In this document: one piece after another, positions 49,002-59,029 of the stretch
How the letters are laid out: each line of letters opens with the position of its first letter
Numbering within the stretch: position 1 is the stretch's first letter
Virus record (IMG/VR): IMGVR_UViG_3300043399_000509
Length of the DNA: 64,000 bases
Strand: one strand, 5' to 3'
DNA from: a virus
The notes under the pieces: generated by a model
What the model was told of the DNA's origin: nothing
The model's database searches: none
What the model saw: the letters and a program-made list of their open reading frames with translations, nothing else
Translations under genes and position numbers: made by a program

Positions 49002-49313
49002 TTATTCCACCACATCCATAACAACTTCATACTGTCCGGGTGCAACTTCACAAACAACGGCACTCGTGACAGATGCCTTACCAGACTTTTCAAACCGCTT
49101 GAGAAGAACACCATAGCCAGCAACAGCCGAACCACAATCTTCCAAACGACGACCAGTTACAAGAGAACCCTTGTAGCCGTTCTCGTCCAACCACTGTAAC
49201 ATACCAACCGTGCCATTGTCAAGTACCATTGGTTCATCATAAACCTTGGCACTCGTGGTAGCACAAGCAGCAAGAAAGGTGGTTGAAACAAGAGCCATAA
49301 TAATCTTTGTCAT
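49002..49313 (-). CDS. lipoprotein, hypothetical
   Basis: LAAC lipobox. Confidence 0.6.
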   Translation of the reverse strand: MTKIIMALVSTTFLAACATTSAKVYDEPMVLDNGTVGMLQWLDENGYKGSLVTGRRLEDCGSAVAGYGVLLKRFEKSGKASVTSAVVCEVAPGQYEVVMDVVE

Positions 49314-49611
49314 AGTGAGTTTCCTTTATTCGTCGATTTGAATCAGGTTACCTTCTTTGAAACACATATTCTTACCATTACTCTGTACATAGACACCACT
49401 CATACTTTGACATGCTGCCATATAGACCTTTTCTTTCTCTGCTCGCACAGGATCATGGTTGATCGATTGTATAACAAAGGATATAACTCCAATAAAAAGT
49501 GTAATAACAAGAATAATAAGAAAGCCAAAAACAACAAAGAAAAAACCTTCAACAACTTTTTCAACCCAATGTTTTGTTTCACCGTACATTTTTCATATCC
49601 TTAAAAAGAGT

Positions 49612-49687
49612 TGGTGGAAGCACCAGGACTCGAACCTGGAACCAATCGGTTATGAGCCGATAGCTCTAACCATTGAGCTATGCTTCC
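49612..49687 (-). tRNA. tRNA(CAU), elongator Met or Ile2
   Basis: Loop CTCATAA; paired G1-C72, so not initiator. Confidence 0.9.
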
Positions 49688-49692
49688 TTTGT

Positions 49693-49777
49693 TGGTGCGG
49701 TCAGCCGGACTTGAACCGGCACAGCCGAAGCCCAGAGTTTTTAAGACTCTTGTGTCTACCGATTTCACCATGACCGC
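49693..49777 (-). tRNA. tRNA-Leu(UAA)
   Basis: Loop CTTAAAA, long variable arm. Confidence 0.92.
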
Positions 49778-50365
49778 CTATTCTTCAATATAATCCTTAA
49801 CAGCCTTTTCCATATACTGGTTTAGTGTAAGGTCTTGTTTATGTGCTGCCAACATCAACTTATATAATGTCTTGGGGTCGATGTCAACAGGCACTACCAC
49901 ACGGTCATCATAATCTTCATCATTGACAATGGCATCAAGCTTTTCAAAGAAGTCTTGTTCTGTTTCCAGATCAATATACTTCACTTCATCCCAGGCCTGA
50001 TTTCCATCAATACCTCTTTCCTCAGCCTCTAAGGTATAGTCCTTTTTATAGTCTGGGTTGATCAAACGATAAGCCCGTTGGAGTTTGTAATCACAAACTG
50101 TGGCCTCATATATCATTTGAGTAACCGAATCAAACACAACAGAGGCTGAGTATTCATTAAGTTCAGCACAATCTAAGATACGTGCATTTGGTCCATAACA
50201 ATCCCATTCAAACTTAGAACCGTCAGTGATATTATATTGTGTTGTTTCAAGGAAATCTTTAAGAGTGATCATAGTAAGTGTCCTCTTTGTTATATCCAAC
50301 CTGGAACTTCTCTGCTTCGGCAAGATGATCATCAACAAAGCCCCAAGTTGTAAGCTTACGGGCAA
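49778..50365 (-). CDS. conserved phage hypothetical protein
   Basis: WDCYGPNA...AYRLINP...AHKQDLTLNQ; true start probably at MITLKDF. Confidence 0.7.
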   Translation of the reverse strand: MPVSLQLGALLMIILPKQRSSRLDITKRTLTMITLKDFLETTQYNITDGSKFEWDCYGPNARILDCAELNEYSASVVFDSVTQMIYEATVCDYKLQRAYRLINPDYKKDYTLEAEERGIDGNQAWDEVKYIDLETEQDFFEKLDAIVNDEDYDDRVVVPVDIDPKTLYKLMLAAHKQDLTLNQYMEKAVKDYIEE

Positions 50366-50404
50366 ACCGAATAAACTTTAGGGCTAACCAGTTTCTAATA
50401 ACCA

Positions 50405-51037
50405 TCATGTCCATAATCCTGTATAATATTTACCGAACAAACGGTATCCATTCTGCTTTCTCTTATGATACTCCTTCCACTCGTTGCTGTCAAACCCTTT
50501 TTCATAAAAAGGTTCTTCTGGGTTAATATTATAACGAGTATTCATTTCATCTTGTTCAAATGCCCAGATCATTTCATCAAGGACCCAATCCCAACGCTTG
50601 AAGTGGTTGTCATCAGGGATACCCATATTAATATCCTCTTGTGAAAGGATAGGTGCTGCTACTGACCGAAGTTCCAAAGGAACATCTTCATCATCAACAA
50701 ATGGGGCACCATGCTTCTGTTCTTTAAGTTGACGTAGCATTGGCGTAATGATTATGGAAAGTGTGCTATCCATATTCCAAGTATCATATTGATCAATACG
50801 AACCTTGATCTTACGCTTTCTCTTGGATTCCACCCACTCACAAAAGTTCCTAAGACGAGTATTAGCAAGCCATTCACCAATCGTGTCACAACGATCTTCG
50901 CTCACACCTACTTTTTGTAGTAGGTCAGCAATCTGGTATGGACCCCACCAGTTTTTATAGGGGCCAATGTACACTTTCATATCACTTCGCTCCGAGGTAG
51001 AGTCCAATATTTGAGAAGGCATATCCAGCAAAGACAA
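50405..51037 (-). CDS. conserved phage hypothetical protein
   Basis: YDTWNMDSTL...HGAP.VDDEDVP...RWDWVLDEMIWAF. Confidence 0.75.
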   Translation of the reverse strand: MSLLDMPSQILDSTSERSDMKVYIGPYKNWWGPYQIADLLQKVGVSEDRCDTIGEWLANTRLRNFCEWVESKRKRKIKVRIDQYDTWNMDSTLSIIITPMLRQLKEQKHGAPFVDDEDVPLELRSVAAPILSQEDINMGIPDDNHFKRWDWVLDEMIWAFEQDEMNTRYNINPEEPFYEKGFDSNEWKEYHKRKQNGYRLFGKYYTGLWT

Positions 51038-51153
51038 TAGCCATTGATGGATTGCCTTTCATCATCTGCTCAAATGCGATGTAGCCATAGATAACACCTA
51101 CAACAGCAATCAATGTGCTAGACATAATATTTGCTCCTTCATTCTATAGAAGG

Positions 51154-51182
51154 ATTATAGCATATGATTTGCTGTTTGTCAA
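51154..51182 (-). promoter_or_regulatory. consensus sigma70 promoter
   Basis: TTGACA-N17-TATAAT. Confidence 0.8.
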
Positions 51183-51205
51183 GTAGGGTGAGTTGTAGGT
51201 AAAAT

Positions 51206-51850
51206 CTACTTTTTGTTTCTGTGGATCAGTCCAGCAATCCTACCGGGTGTCACATTCAGGTCTTTGGCAATCTGCCTATGAGAATGACCTTGGGCTTTTC
51301 TTGCCATAATATCATCAATCATAGGCTGGCTTGCCATTTCCTGCTTTGGTTTATTTCTGGCAGCATAATCTGGATGATCTTTATATTTTGATTCAATATA
51401 TGAACGAAGTCTTTTTACAGACCTTCTTTCTTGTCCCCGGAAAATCTGAGCGTCCCCAGCACCAGCCTTTCTTTGTTTCATAATCTTATCGATTCCACCA
51501 GCTTTTTTTATTTTGGTCTCATATCCATAATCATAAGAACCATGTTCCCTCTGTGGAACCTGTAAGGGACCATGAATCAATCTTCTAACAGATTTTAGAT
51601 CAAGTGTCTTATCACCATCTGGATAATGAAATGCGGATGCAGTATCTGTGATCTTGCGATATGCGTGTTGAACAGGCTTTTGTGGAGGCTTTATTTCACC
51701 TTCAGTTTCAGCAATGTCATATGCTTTTGTTATTGGGTGCCCGAGTGCCATCGCATGGATAAGTCTTACCGTTCCTGGGTTTTCATTATTCAATCTTTCG
51801 TGAAAAGATATGTTAGTTGATTCAGTGATAAACTCCTGAAAGGTTTTCAT
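51206..51850 (-). CDS. putative internal head protein with C-terminal HTH
   Basis: MKTFQEFITE; GHSHRQIAKDLNVTPGRIAGLIHR. Confidence 0.7.
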   Translation of the reverse strand: MKTFQEFITESTNISFHERLNNENPGTVRLIHAMALGHPITKAYDIAETEGEIKPPQKPVQHAYRKITDTASAFHYPDGDKTLDLKSVRRLIHGPLQVPQREHGSYDYGYETKIKKAGGIDKIMKQRKAGAGDAQIFRGQERRSVKRLRSYIESKYKDHPDYAARNKPKQEMASQPMIDDIMARKAQGHSHRQIAKDLNVTPGRIAGLIHRNKK

Positions 51851-52085
51851 TGGATGTGTCCTCTATATTTTCATATATTTATGAAAACAGAACATCACCC
51901 GCATCTTTAGGAAATGTAGAACCCCATTCAGCAATCATTTGAATATCTTTCTTTTCATCATATCCATCAATATGGCGGATGTAATATTTGATACCATCAA
52001 ACTCATCTTCGACCTTGACAATACCAGCACCATTGAACCATCTTACATCAAGAACTTTCATTGGTCACCTTTGTGTAAAAGAAAA

Positions 52086-52161
52086 TGGCTCCCCAACCTG
52101 GATTTGAACCAGGAACCTGATGATGCTACAGTCATCTACTCTACCGTTGAGTTATTGGGGA
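52086..52161 (-). tRNA. tRNA with Asn-like body and non-canonical 8-nt anticodon loop
   Basis: TCCCCAA/TTGGGGA-G-CCA; GATGA-CTGTAGCA-TCATC. Confidence 0.8.
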
Positions 52162-52168
52162 ATAATAT

Positions 52169-52243
52169 TGGAGCGGATGGTCGGATTTGAACCGATCTTC
52201 TCTAGCTTGGAAGGCTAGGGCACAACCCTTATACCACACCCGC
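52169..52243 (-). tRNA. tRNA-Gly(UCC)
   Basis: Loop CTTCCAA; GCG/CGC-T-CCA. Confidence 0.92.
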
Positions 52244-52288
52244 TTTGTGTTCTCTACGATATATAGTAACACCGTAGAGAACTTTTGG

Positions 52289-52828
52289 TTATACATGCCG
52301 ATATGCAATCGGCATTCCAGTACGATGCTTCAATGAGCGAGGACGCTCACGAACTGCATTTCCATCATTACCAGACTTCACAATCCAACGACCATCAGCC
52401 GCCTTGCCTGTAATGATGCCTACGTGTCCACGCCATACTACGACAACACCAACTTGCGGACCACTGGCTGGACTACCACGCTTAGCCCAGTTACGAGCCA
52501 AGTTATATTCAGGACCGCCACCGAACTGTGTTCGCATCCACCAACCACACCAACGCCCAGGCTTTGCACCGGCATTGAAACGTGAGGCTGTGTTAACGAC
52601 GACCTTACCAACATCATTTGCCAGCATACCTGTTGCTGTAAAAATATTTGTTGGTGTATTATGCTTCTTCTTAGAAATCTTAGTCTTACCTTTTTTAGAT
52701 TTCATTGGAGCATTATCATCATAACCAGCACCCATGGCCCCGTAAAGAGTTGTTGCTGATGCTGTGTTTACCATGCTCGCCGTACAAAAAAGCATACCTA
52801 GAGCAAGGGCTGTGATAAAGTTCTTCAT
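52289..52828 (-). CDS. secreted CHAP/NlpC-like peptidase candidate
   Basis: Signal peptide; WCGWWM, GHVGI, SGN. Confidence 0.65.
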   Translation of the reverse strand: MKNFITALALGMLFCTASMVNTASATTLYGAMGAGYDDNAPMKSKKGKTKISKKKHNTPTNIFTATGMLANDVGKVVVNTASRFNAGAKPGRWCGWWMRTQFGGGPEYNLARNWAKRGSPASGPQVGVVVVWRGHVGIITGKAADGRWIVKSGNDGNAVRERPRSLKHRTGMPIAYRHV

Positions 52829-52855
52829 TACTTTCTCCTTATTTTGAGGGGGGTA

Positions 52856-53419
52856 TTACGAATCAACCCCGTTGATACTGCCACCAGAAGGCTTGTTTAG
52901 GTTGGCAGGTACTTCACGCAAACACTGCCCCATAAGACCGACAGCATTGCGAGAATTCTTTAATTGGACCTCTGCATTTTCAACGGTCCCTGGCATAATC
53001 ATTACCATCTTGTCATAAACCGTGAATGCCTTAAGAAACTTCTCATGATCCAAGCCACGAATCTGAATTGTATTCTTATCTATAAGAGTGAAGGTGGCCT
53101 GCCATGACTCTACTCTATTACCGCTATACATATTCAGTGTCATTTGATGACTATTTCCATATGGGCCTTCAACGTTCCAGATATTGTTATTCATCTCAAG
53201 CAGAAGTTCACCATCTGCCAAGTCCTGAATAAGCAGAAATGTTGAACCATCATCCCACGATGCGGAAGCAATACAGGATGGATTTGTTTCACTATCACCA
53301 GAGAAACCAAACACCCGCCAATAACCAACACTCTGGTCAAAGAAGTTATCAGCAAATGTGGGTGTCACAAGAGCCAAACTCATTGCCGTAGCCATAAGCA
53401 TTTTCTTAATCATTGTCAA
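52856..53419 (-). CDS. secreted hypothetical protein
   Basis: Signal peptide; two Cys. Confidence 0.65.
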   Translation of the reverse strand: MTMIKKMLMATAMSLALVTPTFADNFFDQSVGYWRVFGFSGDSETNPSCIASASWDDGSTFLLIQDLADGELLLEMNNNIWNVEGPYGNSHQMTLNMYSGNRVESWQATFTLIDKNTIQIRGLDHEKFLKAFTVYDKMVMIMPGTVENAEVQLKNSRNAVGLMGQCLREVPANLNKPSGGSINGVDS

Positions 53420-53950
53420 TATATCCTTTTAATCAGTATCTCTAACTGGAATAACATCACATTCAATTGTTAGCCACATCTTTAGAAATGGATGTGGATA
53501 AGATTGAACAAACTTTTCTGCTTCCTCTTTTGTGTATGTGACTTTTAGGATCACATGTCTATTTGGCCATGCATAGTATGATGGTAAGCAAACCTTATAT
53601 ATCTTAATGTTGGAGTCGCTCATTGTTTTACACCAGTATCAGTTCATCATACTCGGTCTTTCGAGGTCTTTAAGCTGTTTTGTTTCATCAATCATAATAG
53701 AAACCACTTTACTTAGAGAATCGTTAGTAAGGGCATCAATATCCTTGATGATCAGCATTATACTAGAGGCAATCAATGCTATTCGTTCTTTATCACTCAC
53801 ACCAACGCCTTCAAACTTATCGGCAAATATTTCAATAATATCATTAGCAACATCATTGACTCGCACTGCCTTTTCTTCAATGTCCATAATATTCATCCTC
53901 ACAGGTTTTCATCATGAAAGTATAATAGCACAACACCAGGAGCGTGTCAA

Positions 53951-54289
53951 CTACATTTTTGAGATTGTAACGTTTGCCAATCCACCCATACCAATAGCCT
54001 TTGCAGCGGCACGAGACAAATCAATAATACGACCCTTAACAAAGGGGCCACGGTCATTAATTGTAACCACAACCGACTTGCCATTGCTCTTGTTTGTCAC
54101 ACGAACTTTTGATCCGCAAGGCAATGTCTTATGTGCTGCTGTCATTGCATTTGGATTGAATCGACCACCACAAGCAACTGCCTGGGGCTGCCAATAGAAG
54201 GATGCAATACCCGACTGAGCACTTGCATCAGGAATAAAAGAACACGAGACAGCGAGCATTGCCGCTGTGGCAATAAACATATTTTTCAT
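53951..54289 (-). CDS. RlpA-like (DPBB) lytic transglycosylase
   Basis: [36 protein letters not shown]. Confidence 0.9.
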   Translation of the reverse strand: MKNMFIATAAMLAVSCSFIPDASAQSGIASFYWQPQAVACGGRFNPNAMTAAHKTLPCGSKVRVTNKSNGKSVVVTINDRGPFVKGRIIDLSRAAAKAIGMGGLANVTISKM

Positions 54290-54493
54290 GAATGAATCTT
54301 TCTTAATCTACCAGAAGCTTCTTTTCAGACTTTTGGATAGTGATGTTGCTATTGACGTTTTCCAGTTTCATCTGGTTGTAGACATCAAGGGCTTCATCAT
54401 ATGAGTTGAACTTGATGCTTTTTGTAGATCCATTATCAACCATCTCAACTACCCATTCAACGATTGTGCTTGCCATATTGTTTCTCCTATCGT

Positions 54494-54781
54494 TTAGTCA
54501 CATACAAGTTCTTGACGAATATGACGAGTGCCATAACGGTCTGTGAAATAGACATTATCATAATAACAGTATTCACGACGATGACGGCGTGAAGATTCAG
54601 CAGCAATACCTAGTCCAATGATGGCAGCGGCAGCACCAATACCGATTGCAATCTCTGCACCCCGGCCATGTCCACGATGGTGATGATGGTGATGATGATC
54701 ATGATATCCACGACCATGAGCAAAGGCTGCTGTTGGTAGAATGGTGGCAGCAATCAATGCAGCAACTAAAACTTTCTTCAT
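54494..54781 (-). CDS. secreted His-rich small protein
   Basis: Signal peptide, poly-His tract, Gly/Ala hydrophobic segment. Confidence 0.65.
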   Translation of the reverse strand: MKKVLVAALIAATILPTAAFAHGRGYHDHHHHHHHRGHGRGAEIAIGIGAAAAIIGLGIAAESSRRHRREYCYYDNVYFTDRYGTRHIRQELVCD

Positions 54782-54852
54782 ATTACATAATCCCTTTTTG
54801 CATGTTATGTCTTACTATATAGTATCCCAAAGTCGGTTTGGTGTCAAGCCCA

Positions 54853-55314
54853 TTAAAGTTTTTCCACATCCTGTTCATTGGTGGTGTAATATACATCAGG
54901 AATATTGTATGTTACAATACATCTCAAACAACCACAACAAGGTTTAGCCAACCCAAACTCCACAACCTTTCGTGAGCAATCCTGAAACTTGATTCGACAA
55001 ATATAAAGACTGGCCTTCTCAAGTTCATTTTGAGATATATACCGGAGTGCATTCTTGATTGCAGAAGTCTCGGCATGTAGAAAAACAGCATCAGAGTTTT
55101 TACCGTAGCGTGCCTGAAAGGGATGAGACTTCTTCTCGTTGATACCAAATGAAATAATGTCATTACGATAAACGACACATGCCGCCAGACGGGCATTGCC
55201 GCTGACAGGATTTACAATATCAGCGGCAACTTTAGCAAGGATGTTCATGTATCGTGAAGTTTTAGTTCCGCCAACTACCGTAGTAGTTGGCATGGTCGGT
55301 GCAACATCAATCAT
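54853..55314 (-). CDS. cytidine-deaminase-fold protein
   Basis: LHAE...KPCCGC; start uncertain. Confidence 0.8.
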   Translation of the reverse strand: MIDVAPTMPTTTVVGGTKTSRYMNILAKVAADIVNPVSGNARLAACVVYRNDIISFGINEKKSHPFQARYGKNSDAVFLHAETSAIKNALRYISQNELEKASLYICRIKFQDCSRKVVEFGLAKPCCGCLRCIVTYNIPDVYYTTNEQDVEKL

Positions 55315-55777
55315 TGAGTAGTTCTTTCTCTCTCTTTCGCATGTGAATGACATAGGCATCATGCAGATACTTTTCTGACAAATGAGCCTCAATCTCCCAT
55401 GGCATCTTCTTATATTGCTTTTCTGTCATGTGCATTTGTTTACCCATCCACTTATAGTTGCCCTGGTCATACACCTTGAACTCACCACGAGCGAATTGCT
55501 TGATGTGGACCATTTCATGGGCTATGGTCTTGATTGTTTTCTTTTTAGAAAGATTTGATGACAGAAAGATTTCAAACTCACGAGGGAGTTTGCGTTCATA
55601 GTCTGTGGGTAGACATAGACCCCATATAGTACTAGGTAGTGATCCACTCACAATAACATCAAGTTCGACATTTTTAGATAGTCGTTTACCTAAAAGAATC
55701 TCAGCAAAGAAGTTTAGAATATACTTCATTTCCTTCTTTGTCAAAGATTCTGCGTTACCTCTTATTGATATTTTCAT
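55307..55777 (-). CDS. zinc metallopeptidase-like protein
   Basis: AHEMVHIKQ...PWEIEA. Confidence 0.8.
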   Translation of the reverse strand: MKISIRGNAESLTKKEMKYILNFFAEILLGKRLSKNVELDVIVSGSLPSTIWGLCLPTDYERKLPREFEIFLSSNLSKKKTIKTIAHEMVHIKQFARGEFKVYDQGNYKWMGKQMHMTEKQYKKMPWEIEAHLSEKYLHDAYVIHMRKREKELLND

Positions 55778-56129
55778 GCAGATATAATCCTGGTATATCT
55801 TCTATTGATCGTATAATATAACATAAAACCTGAATGTTGTCAAGCAAAAAATATGTCAACAAAATCAATGGGTTAGGCAAACTCCCCAGTAAAGGCGGTA
55901 TCTACATCATCAATATTCACCTGTTTGAGCATAAAGTTTGGAGTGAAACCATCGAAGGCACCACCCGAATTTAGGAAGGATATACAACTCTCGGCATCAT
56001 CAAGGAAGTAGAAGAAATCATAGACCTGTTGAGTTTGCTCCTCAAATACACAAAAGAATGTATTTTGATCATCATCTGTTAAAGTGTGGAGAGTGTAGTT
56101 TTCGATTGTCATTGTGTGACCTTTCTTTT

Positions 56130-57530
56130 CTACTGAACTTTCAACTTCTTAAACTTGTTGTTTGTTACATTCAATGTTCTTGTATTACTTGAGTTTAGAG
56201 GCATTTGACCACTATCTGCAATGTTCTTTTGAGCAGAAGCGTCACAATCATACAGCTTCATCTTGCTTCTGTCAATACCTATCACAAACCGCTTGTTTAT
56301 GGTTGGATCATTATACCTGTTCTTCAACTGTTTGATTAGTACCTGATTAAGTTGCTGAAGCTCCTCAGAAGAAATGATGGCAAACATAAAGTCCGCTGTT
56401 GCAGGTAGACCGAAACTTTCTGATGTATCTTCAAGTCCAACATCAGAAGATACAAAGCCTGTTCGATTGACCTGTGTTGCAGAAAAGATTGGCACATCAT
56501 GTTCTACACCAAGACCTCTAAGTTCTTCGGCAATAGACTTGACATAGGTATAACTGTTGACGTTACCTCCTGGCTTTATTCTTGAAGATGCACAAATGTT
56601 TAGATAGTCAATAAAGATGATATCTGGCACAAATGACTTCTTGAGTTTTAGTTCATTCAACAATGCCTTGAAGTGGATTGTTGAGGCACCAGCGGTTGGA
56701 TACTCCTTTACAATGAGTTTTCCGTTTGACTTCGATTTTACTTTCTCGATTCTCTTGATGTATTCATTCTTGTTTAGAGCCATCAAATCATCAAATGAAA
56801 TGTTCAGTAGATTGGCATCTATTCGCTTTGCAACTTCTTCTTCGGCAAGCTCAAGAGTAATATACAGAACATTCTTACCTTGATTTAGATGTGATGCTGC
56901 CACATGACACATAAACAAAGATTTACCAACACCTGTGCCAGCCATAGCAATATTCAAGGTCTTCTTAGGTAAGCCACCACGAGTAATCTCATTGAAGTAT
57001 TCCAGATCGAATGGAAGCCTTTCCTGAACTCTATGGTAATAATCAAACCGCTTTTCATAGTCCTCAGTATAGCTATGACCTACATTTGGATCAAAGCTAA
57101 CTGCAAGGGCATCAGAAAGAAGTTGTGGTATGGCTCCCTTGGTCATGGATAAGTTCTTGGACTTATCATCCATAATCTCAATGGATGTCATGATGGCATT
57201 GTAGATTGCTCGCTCTTGACAAAACTTCTCAGTCTTGTTGATCAACCATTCATCATTTGGTGGTGGTTCATTGCCAGATGACTCAAACTCTGCCAGAATA
57301 GATTTCATACCCTTATGGATATCATCCCTGAAGGTTGATGTATCAATCTCAACCTTCAGGGAATCAATCGTTGGCGGAATATTATACTTGACAATAAAGT
57401 CCTTTATAACACCAAACAGATTCTTCTCTGCCTCAACAGAGAAGTACTCTGATTTTATAAATGGTAGAACCTTACGAGCATATTCATCATTCTTGAGTAA
57501 TGACTTTAGTATAATGTTCTCAACATTCAT
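56130..57530 (-). CDS. 41: replicative helicase (T4 gp41)
   Basis: AGTGVGKS, TLELAEE, IDYLNIC, SATQVNR, KQLKNRY. Confidence 0.95.
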   Translation of the reverse strand: MNVENIILKSLLKNDEYARKVLPFIKSEYFSVEAEKNLFGVIKDFIVKYNIPPTIDSLKVEIDTSTFRDDIHKGMKSILAEFESSGNEPPPNDEWLINKTEKFCQERAIYNAIMTSIEIMDDKSKNLSMTKGAIPQLLSDALAVSFDPNVGHSYTEDYEKRFDYYHRVQERLPFDLEYFNEITRGGLPKKTLNIAMAGTGVGKSLFMCHVAASHLNQGKNVLYITLELAEEEVAKRIDANLLNISFDDLMALNKNEYIKRIEKVKSKSNGKLIVKEYPTAGASTIHFKALLNELKLKKSFVPDIIFIDYLNICASSRIKPGGNVNSYTYVKSIAEELRGLGVEHDVPIFSATQVNRTGFVSSDVGLEDTSESFGLPATADFMFAIISSEELQQLNQVLIKQLKNRYNDPTINKRFVIGIDRSKMKLYDCDASAQKNIADSGQMPLNSSNTRTLNVTNNKFKKLKVQ

Positions 57531-57535
57531 AATGT

Positions 57536-57847
57536 TTATTTACCGCCTGTTTCTTCCACAATTTCTTCTTTATCATCAACATCCACAGTATCCAAAATAA
57601 GCTGATTTAGTATCAACCCGATATGAGTAGTAAACTTTGGATCAGCCCTCAAAGATGCTTCTGTATGTTCTGCTGTTTCATGCAAGTAATAGTCAAACTG
57701 CATAACAGCAGAATCATCTTTCGTTTCTTTGATGGATACCTGAGTATATCTGTATACTACACCATTATACGGACCAGTCAATAGGTGAATAGGAACTGTA
57801 TCTGCCTTGATATCGTCACGAAACTTATAATCAATATTGATAATCAT
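57536..57847 (-). CDS. gp40-like head vertex assembly chaperone (putative)
   Basis: Position between uvsX and gene 41, as in T4. Confidence 0.5.
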   Translation of the reverse strand: MIINIDYKFRDDIKADTVPIHLLTGPYNGVVYRYTQVSIKETKDDSAVMQFDYYLHETAEHTEASLRADPKFTTHIGLILNQLILDTVDVDDKEEIVEETGGK

Positions 57848-57852
57848 AGGAT

Positions 57853-58353
57853 TTATTCAGCCTCCGTGGTATTTGAAACATTTGACTTTCCATAAAGGAA
57901 CTCGTTCTTACACATTTCATCAATCTGTTTTAGAACATCCTCTGTGAAAAACTTTTCTGGTGTCTTGTGAATTTGAGATTCAAAAGCCTTGGTTCCATCA
58001 GGAAACTCGTATCTTGTGGATACCTTCTTTGCAATCCCAAACTTTACAGCAAGATCAAGCAACCCATAGTATGGATCAAGACCAGATGCATAGTCAAGTA
58101 GAGTTTCAACTTCCTTGTTCTCAATAGTCAATCGTGCCTTCTTCAAAACAGTTTTGATGATTGCACCAGTGACTTCATTGTCCTTGTCCTTGTTTTTCTT
58201 CTTGGAAAGAAATACAATCGAGGATGCTGCATAATCGAGGCCTGAGTTATGTGTGATAGTTCCATTTTCTAAAATGTAGTGATGAGCAGTATTTACCGTA
58301 AAATCATAAACCGGCTCAGTTTGAACTTTTTTGATTGATAATATTTTCATCAA
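57853..58353 (-). CDS. uvsX: split intein C-fragment (36 aa) plus UvsX C-extein
   Basis: MMKILSIKKV..EPVYDFTV..AHHY..NG.ITHN|SGLDYAAS. Confidence 0.92.
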   Translation of the reverse strand: MMKILSIKKVQTEPVYDFTVNTAHHYILENGTITHNSGLDYAASSIVFLSKKKNKDKDNEVTGAIIKTVLKKARLTIENKEVETLLDYASGLDPYYGLLDLAVKFGIAKKVSTRYEFPDGTKAFESQIHKTPEKFFTEDVLKQIDEMCKNEFLYGKSNVSNTTEAE

Positions 58354-59029
58354 GAATCTCCTTTATGTTGTATTTGCTCCATAAATGTCTCTTTATAGAG
58401 CATAGATGAACTCCCATTGATTTACTGACACCCAATAATGATCCTATATCAGTTTTCTTTTTACATTGTTTTTTGGTGCCATCAATAAAAATAATAGTTA
58501 CAGGCTCGCTTTGGTTTTTAGATATGATATCTTTCGTAGTTTTAGAATGCGTTTTTCCATAGAAATGATTATCTTTTCCGCATTTTTTTGGTCTATTTTT
58601 TAGTTTCTGTATTGTCTCATTAGAGTGTTTTTTTCCATAAAATGGATTGTTCTCTCCACTAAATCTACTATCACCATAAAATGGATTGTTCTCTCCACTG
58701 TATAACTCTCTTAGTCCTACTCGCAAGGTTTCATATAGTTTACCATTACCAACTCTTACATAACCGCTTTTATTATTAGAGACTTTCATTTTTATAAAAG
58801 CAAAAGCCATTGATATTTTATCTCTTTTATCTTCTACCATTTTTGTCAATAATGCGTGTGATATAAAATGTTCTCTTGGTGTCAAATATGCAATATTGCC
58901 TTCGCTATTTGATCCACCAAGAGATTTTGGTATTATATGATGGGCTTCACAGATCAAAGGTTTTTCACGCTGCTTCGATCTGTCCATAAGAGAGAAGTAG
59001 ATTTTTGTATATTTGTTTTTCATAAACAT
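58316..59029 (-). mobile_element. free-standing HNH/NUMOD3 homing endonuclease inside fractured uvsX
   Basis: EAHHIIPKSLGGSN...LTPREHFISH; GENNPFYGKKHS repeats. Confidence 0.9.

Noticed and set aside
52086-52161. Idea that the 8-nt-loop tRNA fuses QV genes by +1 frameshifting at GAA-TAG
   Set aside because: Its loop would pair with UAC/CUAC, not the junction sequence, so nothing links the two.
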